Assembly (NCBI GenBank): GCA_012295275.1
Contig: CM022665.1
Coordinates: 17,422,001-17,486,000, forward strand
Length of the DNA stretch: 64,000 nucleotides
Origin: Chrysomallon squamiferum
Lineage: Eukaryota > Animalia > Mollusca
Reading direction: 5' to 3'
Made by a program: the position numbers and the translations under genes
Part shown: one piece after another, positions 1 to 10,696 of the stretch
How the letters are laid out: each line of letters begins with the position of its first letter
Numbering within the stretch: position 1 is the first letter of the stretch
Notes under the pieces: generated by a model
Seen by the model: only the letters and a program-made list of their open reading frames with translations
The model's database searches: none
Told to the model about the DNA's origin: nothing

Positions 1-637
1 GTTAATGAAGGGATGGTACAGAACATTTTTAGGGTACAAGTACTTTGAACAATATTCAAATTACTTGTTTGTCAAAAATACTCCTATAAATAATTGCATC
101 AGATGTATTAAATATTAACAAGTTTATTTTATTTGCAATTAAATAAAATCAAAGTGTCTGTTCCCAGCAAGTTTTGTCTGGTTGTTCTGTGAATTATATT
201 CTTTACATAACTTTGTCTAATTGCATTCAGGATCCTTCCATTTATTTGTTCTTCAGATGTAATAATCTACCTGAGATGATTTTTAAAAAGAGTGACTATA
301 TTCTTTGATTCTTCTGTATGATAATTTGATTTATTTCTTATAATGTTAAAGTTTATGATGGAGATAACAAACAGCTTATATATATTTTCTACACTAGCAA
401 ATATTTTGTTACTAATGACAACTAGTGTTTGTTAATAATTAAAGGATCAATTGTGACTGATGGAAAAAACTATTTTTTTTTTTTTTTTTTTTTTTTGTTT
501 ACTCATTATATCATATCCCACAGAGCAAAACATCTTTTACATAACACTTTTTAATTTTTAATTTTTATTTAATGATATTTCTAATGGACGTAAACTTCAT
601 TTTTCATTTATAAAAATAAAATCATTATTTATGACAG

Positions 638-3600
638 GTTTTTTTTGTGGACTACGGGTTTGTTCAGACTGTTCCAAGTTCAGATTTGCGTATCCTCGAT
701 AATAATGACCGCAGCCTACCATGTAAGGCTCTGAAGTGCCATCTAGCAGACGTTATATCTGCTGGTTCTGTGTCATCAGATGTGAACAGATGGTCACAGA
801 CGGCAAGTGAGTACATGAAGGAAGCCATTGCTAACAAGATTCTCTACATTAAACAAAAGGTATTTTCCTTAACACTATTTTTGATAATGTTTCATTTTAT
901 TTAAAATAGTTCAAAAGCAGAATGGCAAATACTGACTTGTACACAAAAGATATTGGTTAAAAATGATAAAGTATTAACCTGTAAAGAAACAATAATTGAT
1001 ACAAATGTGGGAATGAATATTTGTTAACAATACATTTTTATTACTGTTAGATGTAAAAGTCTGTTTCTGTTACATAATAATTTTTTTCTTTAGTTTTTTC
1101 TTAAAATGTTTATTCAATATATGGCACTTTTTACAAACATTTTTTATAAACTAAACAGAATTTAACAGTAATATTTTGTAATAAAAGTTAATTTTTAATG
1201 CAAAATATCCTTTTTATGTTTTTATTATCTGATTTGAGATGTATTGACTGTTGCTATCAATCTTCAAGAGGATATTTGTCTTTTAAATGATTTTCTTTTA
1301 AAGTGATAAAATAATTGTTTTCTGTATATGTATAATAATGATATTAGAGAAACCCACTGCCACCATTTCTAAGACTTTTTTTTTTGATTAGCAACAAAAG
1401 ATCTTTTATGCTTACTGTCTTATGACATTTATAGCTAGAATGGGAAAATCAATGCAAGATAATAGCTAGTGTGAAAAAAACAAAAACAAAAAAAAAACAG
1501 AAAGAAAAAGAACTTAAAACTGAAAAAAAACAACTTCAAAATGAATTTAAAAAAAAAAAAATGAGCTTAAAAATAAATGAAAAATAATAGTAATAAAAAT
1601 AAAATAAAATAAAATCATTAAAAAACCCAAGAAAACCAATGAAATTTAAGTAAATCAAATTAGATATTTTATATAATGGAAAGGTGTAGATAAAAAGTTT
1701 TTGCTGCTGTGCTGTTGGGATAACTCATATGTTACCAACAATACATTTAATTATATCCTCTCAGATCTTACTCTTGCAAAAACAGAGTAGCTGATGATAA
1801 AATGAATTATTGTGAATACAGTAACAGGAGATATAATATTATTGAAACATACTAATGATAGAAAAATTATTGTGACATACATGTGTCTCTGGTGATAGAA
1901 AATGATTCTTCTATTGTTAAACATGATTTTAACTCTTTCTCTCAGGCTAATGTGGTAGACGGAGATGTTCCCAGTCTGCCTGTAGACATTCTGATTGAGG
2001 AAGATATCACAGAAACAGCTCTTGAACCTGCTCGGAAAAAAATCTATAGTCTGGTGGAGGACATGAAGGAGAAAGGGTTAGCCATTCCACTGAAAAGGTA
2101 AATTAGTTTTTTGTGATAATTTGCTTTTGCTTTCAGCTAGGAATTATCATTTGAGATAAAAATATATTACAAGTTTTATATGTGCTTTTGTGTAAGTGAG
2201 AAGATATTTTACAGTTGATAATGTTAAATCTGGGAATATTAAAACTTGTTCAGGAATAGTTTAATGTAAAATTATTAAAAATAAATTGTATGTTTCAGAA
2301 ATTAGAATGTTAAAACTAAGAAAATATTTCATTGGAATAGTGAAAATAGTAAAATTATTAATAATACATTTTTAGTTTCAGAAAGAAAAATATTAAGAGT
2401 GGCAAGATATTTCACTAGAATAGTTAAAATAATAAAATAATTAATAACAAATTGTGTGTTAGTTTCAGAAAGGAAAATATTAAAACTCAGAAGAGACTTC
2501 ACTGGAATAGTTAACATAGTAAAATAAATTGTGTTTTTCAGAAAGGAAAATGTTAAAATTGTTACCTCGGATGCTGATAGTCCAGTGACAGCGAGAGATT
2601 ATAAACCACACCCTGTACCACAGATTTCACCTGTTGTTGTGATCCCCACCTATGTTGACTGGAATGGAGTTATATATGCACAGCTGCTTGATGATGGTTA
2701 AAAACACACTTGAAATAAATTTAATCACATTTAGATGTTTTTTTATCCTGTCTAGCATTACATATTTGTCAGGTTTATATGTACTAAGCATGAATTATTA
2801 TCCAGTGAGTTGATACAGAATGAAATTATGCCATAATAAAAAAAGGATCTAACTTTGTCAGGCTCTAATAGTAAATTCTAAATTATTCACATAATACAAA
2901 ATCATAGCTGAGGTTGACCAATTAGCAATACCATGTTTTTATTTTTTTGTTATCTGGTTATCATAGTGTATGTGTCTGTATCTATCTATCGCGCTCTCTC
3001 TCTTTCTCTCTCTCTATATATATAACAGAGAGAGATACATATATATAGACACATGTGTATAAGTATATATGTTTCTATTTGAACTGTTTATATATAGTTC
3101 AAACACTTAGACAGCTAAATATGTAAATAAAAACAAACAAAAATGTGTTTTATGTTTTTGATATGTAAAGAAACCTCAGAAAATTACATTACCAGTACAT
3201 TAATGTTCTAATCATGATCAACCTACTGTTTTAACTGAAATTTAGATTAAAAAAAAAAGTACTGATGTTAATTTCAGAAGCTGTTATTGAACAGTTAACA
3301 GATGATCTCCAGGTTGAATACACAGATTCTCAACCTCAGCAGGTGAACTGGCAGGTGGGTCAGGCCTGTGTGGCGTTATTCAAGACTGACAAAATGTGGT
3401 ACCGAGCTCGAGTTATAAAGCTTTTTGACAACAAAGTTGAGGTTGGTACAGTATTTTTTAAAATCTGCAATATTTTATTACTGAGAAGTGGTCAGAATGG
3501 TGGTTTCCCTTTACTTTATTTATATATATATATATAATGTTGTTTGTTTTTTGTTGTATTGTTTTTGTTACTTTTTTTCTTTTCTTTTTATAATATTGTG

Positions 3601-6564
3601 ATTTTTTAAAATGATTTTGTGCATATGTAAAATGAAATGATAATTCTTTTTATTACTGCCTGATTAATTATATGATTTTAATTCAGTGGACTGTAATTTG
3701 AAGAAGACAGATATTTAAACTTTTGTATTTGAAATTATTTTATTTTAATTTGAGACTTGTTCCCATTTCATTATTATTAAATAAATTGTAAATATTTATG
3801 GAGTGTAATTTGAGGCAGGCTGCCATTGAAATTGTTTTTTTGTTATGACACCTTTTATGTTCTAGGTTCGGTATCTGGACTTTGGCAACTCAGAAATTTT
3901 AGAGTTGAGTCAATTACGTCTGCCAACAGAGAAGATCACAGAAATACCACAGATGTGTCTGGAGTGTGTTTTTCACAACCTGAAATCAGTGAGTTTTTAT
4001 TTACCTGTAACACTGGACTGTGGGTGTGTTTGTGGTGGGTGTGAGTATGGATATTGGTTGTGTGTGGTGTGTGCATGGGTGTGGTTTTGGGATTGTGTGA
4101 GTAGTGGGTATGGGTTGTTTTGGTATTGTGGATTTGGAATGTGTGGTATGTTTTGTGTTTTTAAGGGTGTATTTGTTTGGATGTGGATATGGATTGTGGG
4201 TGGGTGTGTATGTGTTTTATGGTGTTTGGGTGTATTTGTGTTGTGTGTGTGTGTGTGTGTGGATGTGGGGAATGTATAGTTGTGTTTTATGGATGTGTTG
4301 TTGTGGATGTTATTTGAGAGACAGACATACATTGTCCGGTTCTACGAGTTTGTTTCATTCCCAGAATTCCGTTTCACTGATACTGAATGAAAATGAATTA
4401 AACAAACTTGTAATTTTGAATTTCTCATACCTTTTCCATATCTTTCTTTCTAAAAATACTGTACATTTTTTCCATTGTAGGCAAGTGAAGACGGAAAATG
4501 GTCAACAGTAGTTCTGGAGTACATTCACAGCTCAACTGTTAATTGTAACATCACCTTGGAAATTATGGCAAGTCATTTTCAGGAGCTCTTACTGGCCGGA
4601 ATGTTATAAGAATAAGATAAATCAATTCCCTCAGAAATTAACAACAATGACCTCTCCTCACTGTATTACTGGCAGTCTCAGGATATTGTATTTCATTTAT
4701 TCTATTCAAAGTACCAACTTAGTGGTAGAGTTTATTGAACCATGGGTTGTGGGATCAATTCACAGCAGGTGTTAAAGTATTATAAGATGTATATTTGTGT
4801 TTCTGGAAAGTTTGCACATGAATCATTATTTGCTTGTAATTGATTATATTTTTAAAAAATCAAATGTTTATTTAATGTTAATGTCAGTTAATGTTTTTAA
4901 TTGATACAAAAAATGTAAACCTTCAGTTTGTTTCCTTATTACCTTTTAAGAAATACTCATTTGTTCATTTACTTAGAAATCTGAAAGTAATTGTCCTCTG
5001 GAAGTGAACATCATTCTGGAAAATGGCACCAACTTTGGACAGCTGTTGGTTCGGAATGGGCTGGCCATTTCTTCTGATGTTGCAGAAACTCTGAATACAC
5101 AAAGTATCAAAATAGGAAGATTTTTGGAAGTGAGTGTCATTTACTACATAAAACATTTCTCTTTCATAATTTTAACATAACATTTTGAAAGTATGGTTTA
5201 GTACAAAGTAAATATTTCAGTCACACCTACCCTTGGACACAAAAACACCCGTTAAGCTCACAGAAGAACTGCTGCTCTATTAAATATAAAAATTAACATC
5301 AATATTAATTTGATTTTTTACTACTGAACTTGTTTTTTCACTTTTATTTATTTATATATTTATTTTTCACATTTCAGGCATTGTTAATGTATAATTGATT
5401 TGAAGAAGTCTTTTAATATGCTTTTATTTTTCTTTCTCCTTTCTTTTATTTTTATCTTTAATTACCATTAAGAAATTGTACAAAATGATAATCCCTATTT
5501 AGAATTCTCAGTTGTTATTCTGTGAACTGCATGATGATAATAGTGATAGTGACAACAATAATTAAAAAATAGATAAGATTCTAAGTCGATAAAGTTGAAT
5601 ATGGGATTTTTAAACATTTTATAATAATAAAGTAATGATAATTATACAGTAAATAATAATAATAAATAATATTAATATAATAACAATAAAAACGTAATAA
5701 TAATAGAAGAATAATTTTGATTTTAGAACAAAAGTCCTTTCAAAAGAGCGTGTCTTCCGCCTGAGGGTGTTAAATTTCCTGTGACAGTAACACACATGGA
5801 ATTGCCAGATATTGTAAGTAAATCAGCCATATCAGTCTCAGAACAGTGGCATTTCCACTTCTGCTTTGTGTTTTAATTCAGAATTATCATACTGATATTA
5901 CTGTTTATTTGATATCTATCTAATACTGTTTGACATTTGCATCAATATACATGAAAGAAAAAAATAGTTTTTTTGATTGTATTTAATTAAAATTTTATAA
6001 ATAAAATATTAAACAAAAGGAATAAAACCGTATCTTAATATATATATATATATATATATATATAGAAGCAAGGTTCATAACTTGCTAGTTTGCCAAATTT
6101 TGAATTAACAAGTTGTTTTTCAGATCTATTTCCAGCATGCATTACAGGACTTGAGTGGTGTGTGTGGTGAATTTCTTAATTACTTTAAGGAGATTGAGTC
6201 TGATCTTCATCAGCTCCTGACAGTGGCAAAAAATCTCCACAAAAGCATTCCTTCAGCACAAACATTCACCAGTCTACCTGCAGCAGGTAAAAAAAAATTA
6301 ATTAGTATATATTTTATTTTGTTAATAATTAATGTTTATTTATAGAAAAAAATTGTGTAGGATGTTGCTTTTTAATGGTAATAGAAATAAAATAAATACA
6401 GGAGATAATAATAATCAAGTAGAATAAATGGCATTAAATGTAGAAATAAAAGTTTGTAGAAGAAAGGAATTTTGATAGTAATTAACAGATATAAAAAGTC
6501 TGCCAGTGCAGATTTATTTTTAGTTATTTATAAAGAATATTTTTAAATTTAATAAGCAATGATA

Positions 6565-6606
<42 letters not shown>

Positions 6607-9074
6607 GATAATAGTAATAATAGAAACAATAATAAGAATATCGTAATAATAACCTTGATTTGTTCTATCCATTTAGTTCCTTACCCACTTACAAGATCAT
6701 TAACAGCTGCATGCCCACACAAACAAAAATACAACATACATATGATCGAAGATTTTTTCTGACTATTGTTTGATATAAATCAATAAATTAATTAAAACCA
6801 TTTTTGTTATTTCAGGACAGATGTGTTGTAGCAAGTTTAGTTCTGATGACTGCTGGTACCGAGGTGTTGTGATTGATGTTGATGAAACCACACAGTGTGT
6901 CTTCGTCTTGTACATCGACTATGGAAACTCTGAATTTGTTCCTCTGGACAGGTAACTGGAATATGGGATACAGTGAGATATCTAAAGTTTTGAGAGAGTG
7001 GACATTTATGCATTTATGCATTTATGTATTAGCTCTGATCTACATTGTTTGATTATTATAGCAATAAAATCAAGTTAATTTTGATGTTTAATTTTATATT
7101 TTATTAAAACAGAGCAGCAGTTTTTCTGTGACCAAAGTATGTGTTTTAGTGTCTGTTTGTAGCTATATTTAGAACATTCCTTGCTGCTGTATGAGAATTT
7201 ATGGAGCACTGACAACAAATTTCTTTTCCAAATGAAATGTGATGTAGTAACTTACAATATTACAATTTATTGAGTTATTATTAAATCAATTATATATTTA
7301 TAAAATATTCATTTACATAAAAGCAAATGTACCTGTCTACATAATAACACATATGAAAGAATTTGCTTTACATTTTCTTTTACGTTAAAAAGTCCAAAAT
7401 ACTTTAGCATAAACTGAGGATCCTTTATCTGAAATGTTTAGGACTGGAAATGTTTTGGATTTCAGAATGTTTTCAGGATTTTGCGATATAATGATATAAC
7501 CAGCAAATAGTATCTGTGTGAATATAAATTCAATTTATATTTCATACACAACTAATACAGATAGTCTGCAGGATGTTTTATATAATAATTTGAATAATAT
7601 TTTTTCATGGAATAATTATCTTTGCCATTTGAAAATTGTAACGTATCCTTATTTTGGCTGTAATAGTAAAAAAAATAAATAATAATAAATCCTATTTTTA
7701 GATTACGTGTGTTACCTCCAGAATTCTGCACACTGTCTGCTCAAGCTGTCCGATGTAAGCTGAGTGATCTGAGACCACCTGAAGGAGACAAAAAATGGAG
7801 CCCATTTTCACTCAAAGCCATATTAGATACTGTTGGTGCAAGACCTATTTTAGCTTGTATTAAAAATTCAGTACGTTTTAGCATTACTATTATTATCATC
7901 TTTTATTGATTTGCTTTTATTTATTGACATATTCATTTCATTGTTGAATATCTGAACAGATGTAACTATTAAGTTGTATATATTTAAGAATTAAAATGTT
8001 TGTTGTCAGTATTGTTTGAGATTTACAAAAAAAAAATTAAAATTTTAACATATTGCATCTGGCAGGTTAATTACATTTAATAGTTTTAAAATTAAATTTG
8101 TTTCTCATATATCAGATAATAAAAGAAAAGTAATTAAAAGGAAAGAAAGAATAAAAGAAGCTGTTTTTAGACAATAACTTAAGATTATTTAACATGTGTG
8201 TGTATGCCATTCAAATATTTTTATTATTCACTGTTTGAAATTTATGAAATCTTTTTATAAAAATACTATTTTAATATCTTTAATTATTTTTTTTATCAGA
8301 AATCATCTACAATTGAAATAGATTTGTACAAGCCAGAAGTGAATTTTCAAACTGGTGTCATGAAGAAAGCTTACCAGAGTGTGCTGGATCAAGGGTTTGT
8401 TCAGCTTTCTGCAGAATCCAGACTGTATGTTTATCCATCAGTTAAAATACCACACTGTCAGATATTTTTAAAACATGGTAATGTTACAGGATAAACTGAA
8501 AATATTCTGCTGTCAGACTTACTATGTTTACTTCCTCCTGTCGATGATGGCAACATAGTTGAAGATTTGTAATGTTAATTTTTGAAACGAGTAAAAAGAA
8601 TAATTTTCTTTCCAAGTATTAGCCTGATAAATAATAAAAACTGCAAGGTTACATTAAATGTTTCTGTTACAATAAAAAAAAGATAATTAAAAAAAATAAA
8701 AATAAAAATAAACTGCAGATACCTTATATTAAGGTTCAAACTGTTATCATGAAGACAGAATTTACCAAAAACATATTTTATTTATTTATTATTTATTTAT
8801 TATTTATTTATTTTTAAATATTCCATCTAATAACCAAAAAAACCCTGAAATATAGGTTATGTTTTCAGTGATATTTTGCATTTTTAAATGCACATTATAT
8901 GATATTTCTTGCTTTTTTCTGGCAACCTGATGGCAATGAGCAAATTTTTGAATATATAAAATTAAAAAAATATATATTTATATTTCTGTTTACAGGTTTG
9001 ATGATTCTGTGAATGAAGCAGACTGTGACGTGATCATAGAAGACGAAAGCTGTGAAAAATCTGTCCAAGGATGA
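638..9074 (+). CDS. RNF17: RNF17/TDRD4 (Qin/Kumo)-like multi-Tudor protein, 3' portion; 5' end lies upstream of the window
   Basis: 13 phase-consistent exons: 638-859, 1946-2097, 2542-2696, 3278-3441, 3866-3988, 4481-4567 (GC donor), 4977-5129, 5727-5813, 6124-6286, 6816-6951, 7702-7870, 8300-8424, 8996-9074 (TGA 9072-9074). Three extended-Tudor units: VFFVDYG..CHLADVISAG..RWSQTA; WQVGQACVALFKTDKMWYRARV..VRYLDFGNSE..IPQMCLEC; GQMCCSKFSSDDCWYRGVV..LYIDYGNSE..QAVRCKLSDLRPP. Linker motifs (LPVDIL..KGLAIP, YKPHPVP, LPPEG..FPVTVTH) follow the order recalled for the C-terminal Tudor array of vertebrate RNF17. The Tudor call is firm; orthology to RNF17 rather than another TDRD is inferred. Confidence 0.85.
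1346..1446. mobile_element. Decayed SINE core fragment (gastropod-type)
   Basis: agagaaacccactgccaccat...gattagcaacaaaagatcttttatgc resembles a recalled molluscan SINE core GAGAGGAAACCCGCTGTCGCCACAT...GATTAGCAGCAAGGGATCTTTTATATGC. Confidence 0.5.
2280..2560 (+). repeat. Imperfect ~73-87 bp tandem repeat (about 4 units) whose last unit supplies the acceptor and start of exon 2542-2696
   Basis: tttcagaaa(g)gaaaat(g/a)ttaaaa...ttcactggaatagttaa units, with AG ending at 2298, 2381, 2468 and 2541. Confidence 0.8.
3278..3988 (+). CDS. RNF17: Tudor domain exons (penultimate Tudor) of the RNF17-like gene
   Basis: Exons 3278-3441 and 3866-3988 join in frame: VNWQVGQACVALFKTDKMWYRARVIKLFDNKVE|VRYLDFGNSEILELSQLR, matching the Tudor consensus. 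Confidence 0.9.
4020..4312. repeat. GT-rich low-complexity tract with (TG)n
   Basis: Almost only G and T on + (tgggtgtgtttgtggtggg...); produces the spurious ORFs at 3905, 3997 and 4104. Confidence 0.85.
4717..4772 (+). mobile_element. Possible tRNA-derived SINE head remnant
   Basis: cttagtggtagag (A-box-like) and ggttgtgggatcaattc (B-box-like) with tRNA-like spacing; no cloverleaf can be formed. Confidence 0.3.
6039..6064. repeat. (TA)n microsatellite
   Basis: Visible tatata run. Confidence 0.9.
6565..6604. repeat. (AAT)n microsatellite
   Basis: About 13 aat units; gives the poly-Asn spurious ORF at 6559. Confidence 0.9.
6816..7870 (+). CDS. RNF17: Tudor domain exons (last Tudor) of the RNF17-like gene
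   Basis: Exons 6816-6951 and 7702-7870: QMCCSKFSSDDCWYRGVVIDVDETTQCVFVLYIDYGNSEFVPLDR|LRVLPPEFCTLSAQAVRCKLSDLRPP..W. Confidence 0.9.
7411..7610 (+). mobile_element. Terminal fragment of a pogo/Tigger (Tigger4/Zombi-like) DNA transposon
   Basis: aactgaggatcctttatctgaaatgtttaggactggaaatgttttggatttcaga...aaattcaatttatatttcatacacaactaatacagatagtctgcaggatgtttttatataataatttgaataat is colinear with the Tigger4/MER46 terminus as recalled (CAGGTTGAGTATCCCTTATCCGAAATGCTTGGGACCAGAAGTGTTTCGGATTTCGG...AAATTCATTTATGTTTCATATACACCTTATACACATAGCCTGAAGGTAATTTTATAC). Not verified by search. Confidence 0.6.
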
Positions 9075-10041
9075 ACTCAGTGAACGTGAATAATAAACTA
9101 AAAACCTTTTTTTATTTTTTTTTTATTTTTTTCTTTATAATGAAGAGTTTTATTTTTAACAAGTTAAATTTTTTCTGCCCAGCTTGTTATTAAACCTTAC
9201 TGAGAGAACAAAAAAGTATTTTAAGTCGTTTAATGAAAAATGTTGTCATTATTTAATAAATTGTTGTGAATTAAGGGTTTTTTGTGAGCAATGACACATT
9301 TTGTTTTGAATTTCTAATTATTAATGTTAAATACAGTTGCACAGCAAGTTTAAAAAATATTTTTAAAATACGTATATATTTTTTATTTATTTTTTGGATG
9401 TTGATGTTATTTATGTATTGTTTTTTCTAAATGAAGGAAATTGAAGACCGTGATGTAAACAGTGTCATAAAGAGTTTTAGTTTTAAAATTATAAAATTGA
9501 GTTGCATAAAAGCAAAAACAAGAAAAGAAGATTACAAATTTAAAATAAAATTTAAAAACTTATCACCAGAATCGGTAAATAAGTTTTAAGATTCATTGAT
9601 TTTATTTTTTAACATTTTTAATTTACTTTTAGATTTTTTTTTAAATGTTTAATTTTATCATAAGTAATGCTTTTTCTGGTGGTTTTTGCTCTTTTTTTGT
9701 TTATTATGATTTAAATAATTTGTGTCAAAGTGAAAACATTAACATATTGCAGAGTAGAGAAGTTATTTGTCCTTACTATAAAAAAAAGATAATAATAATG
9801 ATAAATATTGTATGTAAAAACAATTTAAACACAAAATTCATTTCTAAATTGGCATTTACTCATTTAAAATTGATAAAAAAAATATATTTTTTTATTACAT
9901 AATCATTTTCATAGTTTTTTCTGCTCCATGGTCATTAATATGTTCATCACAAATTTTTGTCCATTCAGTTCTTACATTCCTGAAGGTTCATAATAGGTTT
10001 TGTTGAATATGCAGATTCAAATGATCTACTTTATTTTGTTA

Positions 10042-10047
10042 AATAAA
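10042..10047 (+). promoter_or_regulatory. Candidate polyadenylation signal of the RNF17-like gene
   Basis: AATAAA followed by a GT/T-rich tract (ctgttgttttg...ctttgttactgttatttg). Other AATAAA copies lie nearer the stop, so the site is not unique. Confidence 0.4.
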
Positions 10048-10690
10048 AACTGTTGTTTTGAATACCGGCTTTGTTACTGTTATTTGGAAATTGAAACTGG
10101 AGAGAAGGAGGAAGAAATCTTTGTAAGAAAGTTGTAATTTTTAGATATGAGATGTACATTCAAAACCAATCATTTTGGTCATCAGTGTTAACAGTAACAT
10201 AAACAGTATTAAAACCTTGACTTGATAATAGCCAATTTTTTAATATTATTCCTGCCTTTTATATTATTTTGTTACTCTTTGGAGATGCATATAAAGGCAT
10301 CTTTGTTATAAAATTGTATGTTGCACAAAGTAGAATAAGAAGAGTTTATGGTGTTTAAAATAAAACATAAACAAATAATACTTACTACAAATGGCTGAGT
10401 GGATATGACTGCAGTTACTAATTGAAACTGAAACATCATTTGAGAATTTTTCTAATATCACACAGCCATTTTGTGTAATATTTGTATCTGTTGTTACATG
10501 GTCAGAAATTGAAATTTTTATTTAAAGATCACTATTTACTATACTAAGAACTATAAATAAATAACTAAAGACATAAACAAATAAGGAAATAAAGAGTTTT
10601 TTTTTTTTTTTTTAATTAGGACGTATATTCTCAGAGATAAATTCATCATTAAAGAATGACAAATGAAGACAGATAATATAAAAGCAAAAT

Positions 10691-10696
10691 TTTATT
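10691..10696 (-). promoter_or_regulatory. Candidate polyadenylation signal of the RNF213-like gene (3'UTR ~10675-13743)
   Basis: TTTATT on + is AATAAA on -, followed on - by T/GT-rich sequence (ttttgcttttatattatctgtcttcatttgtcattcttt). The + strand above this point is A-rich, as expected opposite a U-rich UTR. Confidence 0.45.

Noticed and set aside
3905-4511. Cys/Val/Gly-rich and His/Thr-rich ORFs (3905+, 3997-, 4104+) that look like metallothionein or mucin
   Set aside because: They are translations of the GT-rich intronic tract; the real exon ends at the GTGAGT donor at 3989.
4717-4772. Possible tRNA gene
   Set aside because: Only degenerate A/B-box-like motifs, with no acceptor or anticodon stems; kept as a possible SINE remnant.
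6559-6762. Poly-Asn ORF
   Set aside because: An (AAT)n microsatellite inside an intron.
8478-8572. Extra terminal exon DLLCLLPPVDDGNIVEDL-stop
   Set aside because: Needs a 39-nt intron (8478-8516), far shorter than any other here (all over 100 nt); the 8996-9074 exon fits with a normal intron.
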